Shown here piece after piece: positions 1 to 8,799 of a stretch of 64,000 bases of DNA. The notes beneath the pieces were generated by a model. That model was given only the letters and a program-made list of their open reading frames with translations, made no database searches and had not been told where the DNA came from. Numbering within the stretch: position 1 is the first letter of the stretch; the number at the start of each line of letters is the position of its first letter. A program made the position numbers and the translations under genes. Source of the DNA: Candidatus Latescibacterota bacterium (GTDB lineage: Bacteria > Latescibacterota > UBA2968 > UBA8231); contig CBDCDC010000002.1 of the NCBI GenBank assembly GCA_965215195.1, positions 1,120,001 through 1,184,000 of the forward strand, read 5' to 3'.

Positions 1-522
1 TTCATAATCACCGCAAAGCCCTATCCATTCCTAATCAGGTAAACTGCAAGATCCCATACACCGACCTGTCGTAGAGATTCCTGCCACCGCCGCCAGACCA
101 TACTATAGTGGATTTTATTCCTTCCTCGGGGGTGTCGCAGTCTTCGATCTCGATGTCGAAAAGGATCTCTTGGCCCTCATCCGGTTCTAGGTCTAGTTCC
201 ACAAAGGGAAGTTTAGCGTACAGCCTGTACCCTCCTCTGCCCAACTCACACGTCACCTTTGACTCGGGGATGAATTCACAATCTCCAGTCTTCCTGTTTC
301 GCTCCATGAATGCGGGATTAGGACCGCGCTCTGCGGTTGGGAACATAATGCAGACCTTGGGGTCTTCACGTACGTCGAATGAGGCAAAGTACACCCGCAC
401 ACCGTCCCGTGACAGGTGGTCCCTCAACCTGTCGCCTTCCACGCATAGTACGACGTCGTCCTTTACTTCTATATCAAGGTGGAGATAATTTTCATCCCAA
501 GCCACCCGGCAACAGGCACTTA

Positions 523-1465
523 GAGCCTATACGAAAATTGATTTTTTGTTGATACAAAGGTCTTGGCGACCTACGCTTTCCGTACCATTTGACCCTCAAC
601 CAAGAGGAAGAAAGCCATGGCCACCAAGACCGATTCGCCGGACACGATCTGGCATACCCCGGATGCCTTGTGGAATCTAATCGCCCCGATTCTGGGTCCG
701 GAAAAACAACCCGGCACCGTCGGACGTCCGCCCACACCCCACCGTGTCCTTTTTGACGCCATGATCTTTGTGTTGCGCAGCGGCTGCCAATGGCAGGCCA
801 TTCCGCGGGCAGCCTATGCACCCGGCTCGACCGTCCACGGTCGGTTCCGCCAGTGGGTGAAACAAGGCGTGTTTCTCCGAGCTTGGCAGACGCTGCTACA
901 CTACTATGATAAGCAAGTGGGCATTGCTTGGAAATGGCAAGCCCTCGATGGGGTGATCACCAAAGCGCCGTTGGGCGGCGAAGCGACCGGTCCGTCGCCG
1001 GTCGATCGGGGTAAAAAGGGCACTAAACGGTCGGTGTTGACCGACCAGCGAGGCGCACCGCTGGCCGTGGAAGTAACCGCAGCCAATACGCATGACAAAA
1101 CGGTAGCACTGGCGACGTTGGATGGCCTCGTCGTGGAAAGACCCAAGAAAGTCGTCTATCGGCTGCACCATCTGTGTCTGGACAAAGGCTATGACTACGC
1201 CGAGGTTATTGAAGGAGTCGAGGAACGCGACTATCACCTACACTTGGCGAAAAGTCAAGCCGACAAGGCCTCTATACCCGCGCAAAAGAAACATCCGGCT
1301 CGTCGATGGGTGGTTGAACGAACCCATGCTTGGCATAATCGATTCCGTCGTCTGTTGGTCCGATGGGAGAAAAAGAGTACCCATTACGAAGCATTCATTC
1401 AGGTCGCTTCGGTGCTTATCATTTTTCAAATCGTCGAACGGTTGACATGATTTCCGTATAGGCTC
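523..1465 (+). mobile_element. IS5-family insertion sequence (element 1)
   Basis: Terminal inverted repeats GAGCCTATACGAAAAT (523) and ATTTCCGTATAGGCTC (ends 1465), one mismatch; flanks TTA (520-522) and TAA (1466-1468); encloses a transposase. Confidence 0.9.
617..1450 (+). CDS. IS5-family DDE transposase
   Basis: W..IAPIL...GRP...IFVLRSGCQW N-terminus; ALDG, LDKGYD and RWVVER motifs. Confidence 0.93.
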   Translation: MATKTDSPDTIWHTPDALWNLIAPILGPEKQPGTVGRPPTPHRVLFDAMIFVLRSGCQWQAIPRAAYAPGSTVHGRFRQWVKQGVFLRAWQTLLHYYDKQVGIAWKWQALDGVITKAPLGGEATGPSPVDRGKKGTKRSVLTDQRGAPLAVEVTAANTHDKTVALATLDGLVVERPKKVVYRLHHLCLDKGYDYAEVIEGVEERDYHLHLAKSQADKASIPAQKKHPARRWVVERTHAWHNRFRRLLVRWEKKSTHYEAFIQVASVLIIFQIVERLT

Positions 1466-1601
1466 TAAGGTCGTTCTTGTCTTTCGGAGGGACTCCATTC
1501 TGAATATGCGTCCCAAAGGGTTGCCAGTCGGCTACATTACTCTCGGATATACGGATGAGACTATCCTCTTCTGTGCATGTCATAGTAGGGGATTGTCCTA
1601 A

Positions 1602-2531
1602 GAAGCGTTCTTAAAACTCATTTTGTGTTAGGCTTGTCTTGAAAGGACGTACCCATTGATTGACCTTTAGGTTTCCTCACAAAACCAGAAAGGTTGTCTA
1701 TTAATGAGTACGTCCCGTCGAGAATATGCGACCGATTTGACCGATGCACCATGGCAGGTGCTTCAGCGGTGGCTGCCGACGCGTCGTTGGCGTCGCGGCG
1801 GTCCGGGTCGGCCGCCTTGTGCTGTGCGCTTGGTGATCAATGGTATCCTCTACCGCGCTAAAACCGGGTGCCCATGGCCTGTGTTGCCTTCGTCGTTTGG
1901 CTGTTGGCAGACGGTGTATGGCTACTTTACTCCGTGGCGGCGTCAAGGGCATTGGAAACGGATCATGGACACGCTGACGAAGCAGGATCGCCTTGAGCAG
2001 GGGCGTGTTTCGACCCCGTCGGCGGGTCTTGTCGACGCACAGAGTGTCAAGACGGCAACCCAAGGGAAAACAGTTGGATACGACCCGGGAAAGAAAATCA
2101 AAGGCCGCAAACGCCACCTGTTGGTCGATACCCAAGGCCCTGTCCTCGAATGCGTGGTGACCGCCGCTTCAACCTCGGATGCCGACGGCTTGAAAAGGCT
2201 GTTGAGTCGCTATTTTGCGCCGAAGGTGCAACGGCTTAAGAAGCTGTGGGTGGACGGCGGCTATCGCGGGGAAGCGCTCAAAGCATGGGTCGCCGGTTTG
2301 AAAAAGACCCACAAAATCGACTGGGAGGTCGTGCAAAAACAAGAGTCCGGCTTTCAGGTATTGCCGCGTCGCTGGGTCGTCGAACGGACGTTTGCTTGGT
2401 TATCCAATTATCGAATCCATGCCAAAGACTACGAAGTCTTGCCTTGCAACAGTGAGGCGTTTATCCACATTACCATGATGCATCTGCTGCTCAAACGACT
2501 CGCTAACCGAAAGGGGTTTTGAGACAGCTTC
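1602..2531 (+). mobile_element. IS5-family insertion sequence (IS1031-like, element 2)
   Basis: Imperfect TIRs GAAGCGTTCTTAAAAC (1602) and GTTTTGAGACAGCTTC (ends 2531); flanks TAA (1599-1601) and TTA (2532-2534). Confidence 0.88.
1704..2522 (+). CDS. IS5-family DDE transposase (IS1031-like)
   Basis: YATDLTD..W, INGILY..KTGC.W, WQTVYGYF, VDAQSVKT, GRKRHLLVDT, VDGGY, RWVVERTFAWL. Confidence 0.93.
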   Translation: MSTSRREYATDLTDAPWQVLQRWLPTRRWRRGGPGRPPCAVRLVINGILYRAKTGCPWPVLPSSFGCWQTVYGYFTPWRRQGHWKRIMDTLTKQDRLEQGRVSTPSAGLVDAQSVKTATQGKTVGYDPGKKIKGRKRHLLVDTQGPVLECVVTAASTSDADGLKRLLSRYFAPKVQRLKKLWVDGGYRGEALKAWVAGLKKTHKIDWEVVQKQESGFQVLPRRWVVERTFAWLSNYRIHAKDYEVLPCNSEAFIHITMMHLLLKRLANRKGF

Positions 2532-2904
2532 TTAGCCTGCTCGTCCAACACATAAAGCCCCTCACCGAGTATATGCATCCTCCGTAAGGGGCCGGAAATA
2601 GTTCCCCAAGTACGCTTGAACCCTTCCAGATCGAGCAAGTTGCCCATCTTGTCCCATTGCCTGACACCGTATCGCTCAGCAAGTTCCTCCTTAGACCAGA
2701 GCAAAAGCTCCACACTATTTCCTACATTTTGACTCCCACCCTTCCTAAATCCTGCGAAATCAATCGGTGTTCTGTAGTGCCGGCCAAAAACCGTGACAGA
2801 ATTGTACTCTGATCTGGGAGCCATAGCAATTATCCCCATAAGCCTTTTTAAAACTCGCGTTGGACCATAAAAGAGTGATAACCTAACTAGGTCGAAAATA
2901 TCGA

Positions 2905-3420
2905 CTAGTCCACGACGTCAAACTTCACTAAGCCTTCTTGTGTATCTCGAATAGTATCTATGGTGGTTTCTCCACACTCTACCCAAGCGTGTGGCCTCAA
3001 GCTCAACCCTTCAACACCAATAACCATCTTGGCAGAGAAGCCTCTCCTTTTTAACATCGAGCAGATTGCAAACGATCTCGGCAAACACAAAGCACGCCAT
3101 GGAAGGATCAAGCACGCTATTTGAACGGCATCTCTACACGATTGAAACACGTCGGTCTGATCAAAATCGGACTGGGGCACTCGAGATAGTCGGGTCACCT
3201 TGAGACTGTGACTATACATAGAGTCGAATTCCAACACACGACTCATGAGCCCTACGTACAACAGAGTCAGGAAAGCCTCTGCTGCTACCAAGTGCAACGG
3301 TAATTTCCTAAGATGCCGTCTTAAAACCTGTTGTGGCCTAGCTAAGCCTTGGAAGGAAATATTCATTAGGCAACCTTTGAATTTCACCAAACAGTCCGCT
3401 CCAGTTAGTGCATATTCCAC
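2905..3420 (-). CDS. Lasso peptide leader peptidase B2 (transglutaminase-like)
   Basis: CLPRS...L.RRG....VIGV....HAWVE motif with catalytic Cys/His; lies in an operon with cyclase and RRE. Confidence 0.92.
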   Translation of the reverse strand: MEYALTGADCLVKFKGCLMNISFQGLARPQQVLRRHLRKLPLHLVAAEAFLTLLYVGLMSRVLEFDSMYSHSLKVTRLSRVPQSDFDQTDVFQSCRDAVQIACLILPWRALCLPRSFAICSMLKRRGFSAKMVIGVEGLSLRPHAWVECGETTIDTIRDTQEGLVKFDVVD

Positions 3421-5262
3421 TTACTTCTCAACGACTTGGGCTCCAGCGTAACGGGCCGACTGGACATTGAAGAACTCAGCATAGATTCCACTCGCGCCAA
3501 TTAGATCTTCGTGTTTTCCTTGCTCAACTATTCTTCCGTTGTCTAGAACGATGATACGCGTAGCAACCTGCACAGTGCTCAGTCTGTGTGAAACTATGAG
3601 GCACGTTCGATCTTTCGTCACATCCTCCATCAGTCTTAGTAGTCTCTCCTCTGCCTCTACATCCATTGCTGCACTGGGCTCATCCATAACCAGCAAACCC
3701 GCTTGGCTCTTGAATAGAGCCCTAGCAAGGGCAATATGCTGCCACTGCCCTACAGACAAATCCACTCCGCCAATTTCCCGCCCTACTACTTGCTCATTCC
3801 CACCACTTAAATCTTTCGAGATTGCATCGACACCCGATTTGGCAAGTACTTTCTGCAAGAGCTCGGAATCTCCTTTTCGGTCTATATCACCAAGTTCAAC
3901 ATTTTCTCTAATTGTCCCGTCGTACCTAGCGAAGTCCTGAAACATGGCAGAGACAATTCCACGCCGCATTGCGGCATCGTCAAAAGTCTTCCCCTCTATA
4001 GATAACAGCACATCTCCTCGACTATGCGGCAACAAGCCACAGATAATTTTCACTAGAGTCGTCTTGCCAGCACCGTTTCTTCCGACCAAGGCTATCCGTT
4101 CACCTTTTTTTATTTCTAAATCAACCATCTGCAAGGCATCTTTATTTGTGCCAGGGTATCGATAGCACACATTCCTTAGTTGTAGGAGCGTATTTACTGA
4201 ACTCCCTCTGCTTGTTGTTGGAGTGAAAATAGGTTCCTTGTCCTCACTCAGTTCCATGAAATCGAAAAAATCACTAACAAAGAAGGAACTCCTGAACACT
4301 TGGACCACCGCATGGCCGAGCCCTCGTATTGCCTCTCTAAGCTGAACGGTTCCAGCAAGTCCAAGAGCAACTGAACTCAGATTTATCACGCCTTGAACGG
4401 CAAGCCAGACTACGTACATGTAAACAGCCGCTGCCGCTACCATGGCGGGTAAATCCCAGAACAGAACGCTCCTATTCTTGCTCAGAAATAGATGTCTCCG
4501 TCTATCATAGCATTCCTGCCAAAGAGACTCATACTTATCTAGCCAATGATCTTTATAGCCAAACACCCGTAGTTCCTTCGCGTAATCACGACTACTAAGC
4601 ACCTTTGAGTAGTAATTTAACTTACGACGGTCGGAGCTCTGATGTTTGAACAGATGATGTCCATCTACTATGTAGAGCATTTGACAAATCAGAAATGGCA
4701 CGGAAACCAGAATAAGTAGCGGGCTTATCCAAATACTAATTGTCGCGACTACAAGAGCCGTCGATATGACTCTAACTAACATTGAAATAGACGAAAAGAA
4801 AAGTATCGACGTATACTCAGGCCATTCCTGTGCACGTTGTGAGGCCTCTATCTTGTTGTAAAATCGTGGATCCTCATATTGATGATATGGGAGCCGACTC
4901 GCCTTCTCCGCTACTCGTTTTCTGGCAATATGCGTGGCTCGCTCCCCTAATATCCCTGTCATTGGTCTCCAGAGCACTTCTGCCATTGAAGCAACTCCCC
5001 ATATCAACACTTGTAGACATACTAAGGGGCCCACGCGTTCCAGATCCCATCCACTAGTTACGAGAGCCGCGGCCTCGTCAATTATCAGCTTCATCACCCA
5101 AAGAGACACCGCACCGGCTGCACCATCATAGACGATTAGTGCCAATGCTAACACCAAGTATGAGCTTCCTGCCTCTCGATACATCTTCAAAACGAGAGGA
5201 AGGCGCAAGACGAGGTTCTTTATACCGCTGTAAAATTCTAAGGTACGGACTTGCCAAGACAT
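3421..5262 (-). CDS. ABC exporter, fused TMD-ATPase (lasso D-type)
   Basis: N-terminal TM helices; GRNGAGKT Walker A, LSVGQWQ signature, VMDEP Walker B, SHR H-loop. Confidence 0.93.
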   Translation of the reverse strand: MSWQVRTLEFYSGIKNLVLRLPLVLKMYREAGSSYLVLALALIVYDGAAGAVSLWVMKLIIDEAAALVTSGWDLERVGPLVCLQVLIWGVASMAEVLWRPMTGILGERATHIARKRVAEKASRLPYHQYEDPRFYNKIEASQRAQEWPEYTSILFFSSISMLVRVISTALVVATISIWISPLLILVSVPFLICQMLYIVDGHHLFKHQSSDRRKLNYYSKVLSSRDYAKELRVFGYKDHWLDKYESLWQECYDRRRHLFLSKNRSVLFWDLPAMVAAAAVYMYVVWLAVQGVINLSSVALGLAGTVQLREAIRGLGHAVVQVFRSSFFVSDFFDFMELSEDKEPIFTPTTSRGSSVNTLLQLRNVCYRYPGTNKDALQMVDLEIKKGERIALVGRNGAGKTTLVKIICGLLPHSRGDVLLSIEGKTFDDAAMRRGIVSAMFQDFARYDGTIRENVELGDIDRKGDSELLQKVLAKSGVDAISKDLSGGNEQVVGREIGGVDLSVGQWQHIALARALFKSQAGLLVMDEPSAAMDVEAEERLLRLMEDVTKDRTCLIVSHRLSTVQVATRIIVLDNGRIVEQGKHEDLIGASGIYAEFFNVQSARYAGAQVVEK

Positions 5263-5310
5263 AGGTAAAAAGTCCTTCTTAGCTCGATTGCATCCCCCAA
5301 GGTATTTTTA

Positions 5311-5394
5311 TGAGGCAGTATTGTTTCAGCGAGGCGGTCTGAGGCGGTCTGGACTTTCTAGATCACCACGGTTTAGAGTTGTACCGCTACCTCA
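5311..5394 (-). terminator. Stem-loop region downstream of the lasso precursor gene
   Basis: TGAGGCAG/TGAGGCGGT arms complementary to ACCGCTACCTCA (5383-5394); contains the 10-bp tandem repeat GAGGCGGTCT x2 (5331-5350). Confidence 0.4.
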
Positions 5395-5418
5395 CGCGAA
5401 AGGCACGTTGAGAATAGC

Positions 5419-5556
5419 CTAGGCCTCCTTAAAGAATTCGTCCTTTCCGCCAACCGTCTCACTCCCGGCCGATGTTCCGCCCTTGGTGAGTTCGTCAACT
5501 TTTCCATACTCGATCACTCGAGGTTTTTCGTACTTTAGGGTTTCGTTAGTTTTCAT
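5419..5556 (-). CDS. Lasso peptide precursor (45 aa; absent from the ORF track)
   Basis: Manual translation MKTNETLKYEKPRVIEYGKVDELTK-GGTSAGSETVGGKDEFFKEA: YxxPxV..G leader motif, Thr at -2, core Gly1 with Glu8 acceptor. Confidence 0.93.
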   Translation of the reverse strand: MKTNETLKYEKPRVIEYGKVDELTKGGTSAGSETVGGKDEFFKEA

Positions 5557-5642
5557 AAGCTATATCTGCTTTCTGTGGCTTACTCTAACGAAAGGATCCA
5601 GATTCGCCTCAGACCTCCTGTAACTGCAACTGATTGTCCTCA

Positions 5643-7460
5643 TCAAAATGAAAATAAGTCCGTATTATCCGATAACCATTTGTCCATGCTTAAATAGCAC
5701 AGGGCCGTTCGACACGATTTTTCGCACCCGTAAAATGCACGCTCCAGACCGGCTCTATAAATCTGCCGGTCAGCGATACCTAGCCTTACAAGTATTGAGT
5801 TCATCCAAAGATGTTCTACTCTGATCCACTCCTTGCGAAAAGCAAGGGACAAGGACTCAAAATTGCCACCTTTGCTTCTCCTGTTTAGAACCCGTTCCGG
5901 AAGAACATCTCGTAGAGCTAGCCTTTGTAACCCGCGCGTATCTAGTCCGTTTACTCGCATACCTGGCGGCAGAGATAAACAGCGTCTCACTAGAAAACTA
6001 TCGAAGAATGGATGCCGGGATACCACCCCGAGGTCGCTTGTTTCACCTGTGAAGTTACGTATCTCTCTAAACAAGGCATCTGCAATAATCGCTGACTCAA
6101 GATATGGCATTTCTGAAACCATCGACCACTGTGTGCGAAGCAAGCGTCTGGCATGTTGATCATCCTGCATATCAGTAAGCCAATTTACAGAACTAAGTGT
6201 CAGCATGCCCGGACGAAATGGCTTTATTAGATACTTCCAGACTCCCCGAATCAAGGGTTCATTTTTGCGCTCACACCACATCCTTAAGTGCGATGCTGTT
6301 TGCTTCACGTGGCCATTTCGTATTAAGTCACGCAGGCCCCATGGTCGAGCACAGAACAATTGGTCCCCTCCTAATCCGGTCAACAGAAGATCAACACCGT
6401 TATCTTGGCATATTGATCGGACCTTCTCGGTTGCTGCTTCCTGAAGAGTGCTGATGCTTGGTTCTGGTAGACGAAGAGATTCGTCCAGTGGTTCCTTTAA
6501 ATGCCATGCGTCACCTACATCAATTTCAAAGCACTCAACCCCTACTTTCCTCACTATTTCCCTAGCATAATCCAATTCATTGCAACCTACGACATCATTT
6601 CGATAAGTCGTCAATGCACATAAGCCATGTCTTCCACTTCCTTTGCTTTGCAAGGCTGCAAGCGCAAGAATTGCCGATGAGTCTAGCCCCCCACTCAACG
6701 AAACACATGGTCGCTCCGCTACAACGGTTCGGATTCTAACAGCTCGACCTAAGTCTGAGAGCATTTTCCTTGATAGATCTTTGGGATTAGTCGGCAATAT
6801 ACAGTCTGCTTCTTTCCATACGCTAATTGTCTTTGTCCTCACTGACCGGGACACCACTTCAAGGGCTGTGCCAGGTACTAAGGCTTTTATCCCTTCAAAT
6901 GGAGTAAGTTGATACGAACTTGGTGCTTGTTTCGGGAGCACTGTGCTCAAGTAGGCAAGGACGTACGTATAGTTTAGATTCAATTCTATTCCTGGAAGAA
7001 ACGTCATTGCACATATATCTGTGGAAATGAATAGATAGCCATTTAATTCTGTATAGTAGATCGGGCGGACACCGCGGAAATCTATACTAACCCATACACG
7101 TTCATCACGAGGAGCCACAACCATCAGACAAAACTCACCGACAAGGGTGCTAAATACTAGCTCTGGACACCAACTACGAGGCACGTGAATCTCGTCCGCT
7201 GAAACTTGGCTGCACTCCTTTTCCGATTCGGCAACTCTGAACGCAGGATCAGAAAGAACAACAAACGGCTCCGTTCTTGCTGGAGTCTTTGTCGATTTCG
7301 ACACCGAATATGCTAACCACGCGTCGTTTCCCAATCCACTTGGCACAATAGCAACATCACCACCTTGACTTCTCACCCATCCCTGTGCTGAATCCGAAAT
7401 ACGATTCGCAGACAGAGAAATACATATACAAAGCGTATTGCTAGTTCTAGGCCTTCTCAT
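5643..7460 (-). CDS. Lasso peptide cyclase (asparagine synthetase-like, C protein)
   Basis: SLSGGLDSS PP-loop, LLTGLGGDQLF, RHPFFD; no N-terminal catalytic Cys; flanked by RRE and precursor. Confidence 0.92.
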   Translation of the reverse strand: MRRPRTSNTLCICISLSANRISDSAQGWVRSQGGDVAIVPSGLGNDAWLAYSVSKSTKTPARTEPFVVLSDPAFRVAESEKECSQVSADEIHVPRSWCPELVFSTLVGEFCLMVVAPRDERVWVSIDFRGVRPIYYTELNGYLFISTDICAMTFLPGIELNLNYTYVLAYLSTVLPKQAPSSYQLTPFEGIKALVPGTALEVVSRSVRTKTISVWKEADCILPTNPKDLSRKMLSDLGRAVRIRTVVAERPCVSLSGGLDSSAILALAALQSKGSGRHGLCALTTYRNDVVGCNELDYAREIVRKVGVECFEIDVGDAWHLKEPLDESLRLPEPSISTLQEAATEKVRSICQDNGVDLLLTGLGGDQLFCARPWGLRDLIRNGHVKQTASHLRMWCERKNEPLIRGVWKYLIKPFRPGMLTLSSVNWLTDMQDDQHARRLLRTQWSMVSEMPYLESAIIADALFREIRNFTGETSDLGVVSRHPFFDSFLVRRCLSLPPGMRVNGLDTRGLQRLALRDVLPERVLNRRSKGGNFESLSLAFRKEWIRVEHLWMNSILVRLGIADRQIYRAGLERAFYGCEKSCRTALCYLSMDKWLSDNTDLFSF

Positions 7461-7713
7461 TGACTATTAATCCTAAATTAACGAGTTCTTGCAAAAACTC
7501 CTGTGCATCCTGTCTTACCAGAGACCGTGGTTGCTCATAGATATCGGCCACTTGGTCGAGTGCATCCCACCTCTTGTTTTTTGCTACAATGTTCTTCCAA
7601 ATCTTTGCTGCTACTCCTTCTAGGCCAAAGTATTTTCCGGAATTGCAATCCAGAATGACCAAACCCTCTTCATTTTCTGCTACGTAGACGCCCTCAGCTA
7701 TCCTATAGCTCAT
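7447..7713 (-). CDS. PqqD-family RiPP recognition element (lasso B1)
   Basis: 88 aa with VILD...GKYFGLEGVAAKIW and D...FLQEL...GLI. Confidence 0.92.
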   Translation of the reverse strand: MSYRIAEGVYVAENEEGLVILDCNSGKYFGLEGVAAKIWKNIVAKNKRWDALDQVADIYEQPRSLVRQDAQEFLQELVNLGLIVNEKA

Positions 7714-7715
7714 GA

Positions 7716-8771
7716 CTAGTTCCCACCTTTCTTAGAGAGTTCTCTAGCTGGTTTAGGCCTAAAGTACTTTAACCAACCGCGTTCAAACATAGCTTTGCAT
7801 ACCACCAATTTCAAAGCAGATGGAACCTCCCCTGGAAGATTCTTAATTAAAGTAGGAGTCTTACTTCGCACCATGTGCTCAACAAGTCTAATTGAGTCCC
7901 TTGGCAGACGAAGGAGAGTATTAGCTGATGTAACTAAGCCCTCTCCTTTCACGACTAACTGTTCACCACAGTTATCGTCAAATGATAATCTTATACCACT
8001 CTCTATTACTATGCAGCCCTCCAATGACATAAAAGAGGCCGTTTCAATATCGAGATCAAATCTATTCTTCGGGCAATTATGCCATGTTGTCCGACCTTTA
8101 GCAATAAGCCTTATCGCTTCGATCATTTTATTAACCGACTCAATATCATTTCTAACAAGATCCATCAATTTGTCACAAATACAAACGTTCTCCTCGCCGA
8201 TCGAAGACGCAAGAATCGCCAAGGGAGTAGATAAGATTGATGCTCCTTCACGATGAGATAATCTCATCTGTCTTACCAAGACTTCTAACGTCAGTGCCTT
8301 GAATCCTACAGTTAAATGTACGGATGGTTCTCTTCCCGCTCTGGCTTGATGCTTAGCACCTTTGGGAATATATAATGCGTCTCCCACTCCAAGCTCCTTT
8401 TCAATCACTGCTGAAATATGAGCATCTATAGGCTCGACTACCCAGTTTTTTGATCCCTCGCACTGAATTGCAAACACATCATAATTATCTTTATGGGCAT
8501 GTAAAGTTTGTTTTCCGTTGGGGGTCATATAACAATTAATGTTTGCATTCCCCAGAAGATGATTTTCAAGTGAACTTCGCATCACAGACAATACTGGAAC
8601 CAAGCGATCCAATCCTCGAATGACTACGGACTTTCCTCTTTGAAATGCATCTAGAGCTGCCCTAGCGTTGCAATTCGCATCAACTTCTAGTCGTCTTTCA
8701 CTAAGAACCTCTACATGGTTGTTGGGATCTGAACCTATGGCCCAGATCAACTTTGTAATCTCCTCATACAT
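7716..8771 (-). CDS. JmjC/cupin Fe(II)/2-oxoglutarate oxygenase (RoxA/NO66-like), possibly 5'-truncated
   Basis: NCYMTP...HAHKD.YDVFAIQCEGSKNW...GDALYIPKG..H.A...SVHLTVG (HxD...H triad). Start moved to ATG 8771 because the longer ORF overlaps the upstream GC-rich gene. Confidence 0.85.
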   Translation of the reverse strand: MYEEITKLIWAIGSDPNNHVEVLSERRLEVDANCNARAALDAFQRGKSVVIRGLDRLVPVLSVMRSSLENHLLGNANINCYMTPNGKQTLHAHKDNYDVFAIQCEGSKNWVVEPIDAHISAVIEKELGVGDALYIPKGAKHQARAGREPSVHLTVGFKALTLEVLVRQMRLSHREGASILSTPLAILASSIGEENVCICDKLMDLVRNDIESVNKMIEAIRLIAKGRTTWHNCPKNRFDLDIETASFMSLEGCIVIESGIRLSFDDNCGEQLVVKGEGLVTSANTLLRLPRDSIRLVEHMVRSKTPTLIKNLPGEVPSALKLVVCKAMFERGWLKYFRPKPARELSKKGGN

Positions 8772-8799
8772 GAACTTTAACGCGTCTGGCCCTTGCTGG

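Larger units (their letters stand above)
35..1583 (-). pseudogene. CBM9/DOMON-like sugar-binding domain protein interrupted by an IS5-family element
   Basis: Removing IS 523-1465 plus one 3-bp TWA copy gives a continuous frame from ATG 1583: MTCTEEDSLIRISE...PPKDKNDL|SACCRVAWDENYLHLDIEVKDD...ILFDIEIEDCD...VWSG...YGILQFT*. DLSA-x-WDENYL-x-V-x-DD is a typical CBM9-like motif. Confidence 0.75.
1580..2839 (-). pseudogene. ~110-aa hypothetical protein of the lasso operon, 3' end interrupted by IS element 2
   Basis: ORF from 2839 runs into the IS. Excising the IS (keeping the TTA flank) restores ...VLDEQAKDNPLL*, whose TGA overlaps the ATG of the CBM9-like gene (ATGA at 1583-1580). Confidence 0.55.

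Noticed and set aside
523-2531. Composite transposon formed by the two IS5 elements
   Set aside because: The TIRs and transposases differ, and the 136 bp between them is continuous with the host operon on both sides, indicating independent insertions.
5263-5642. Second lasso precursor
   Set aside because: I found only one frame with a YxxP leader and T-x-G junction.
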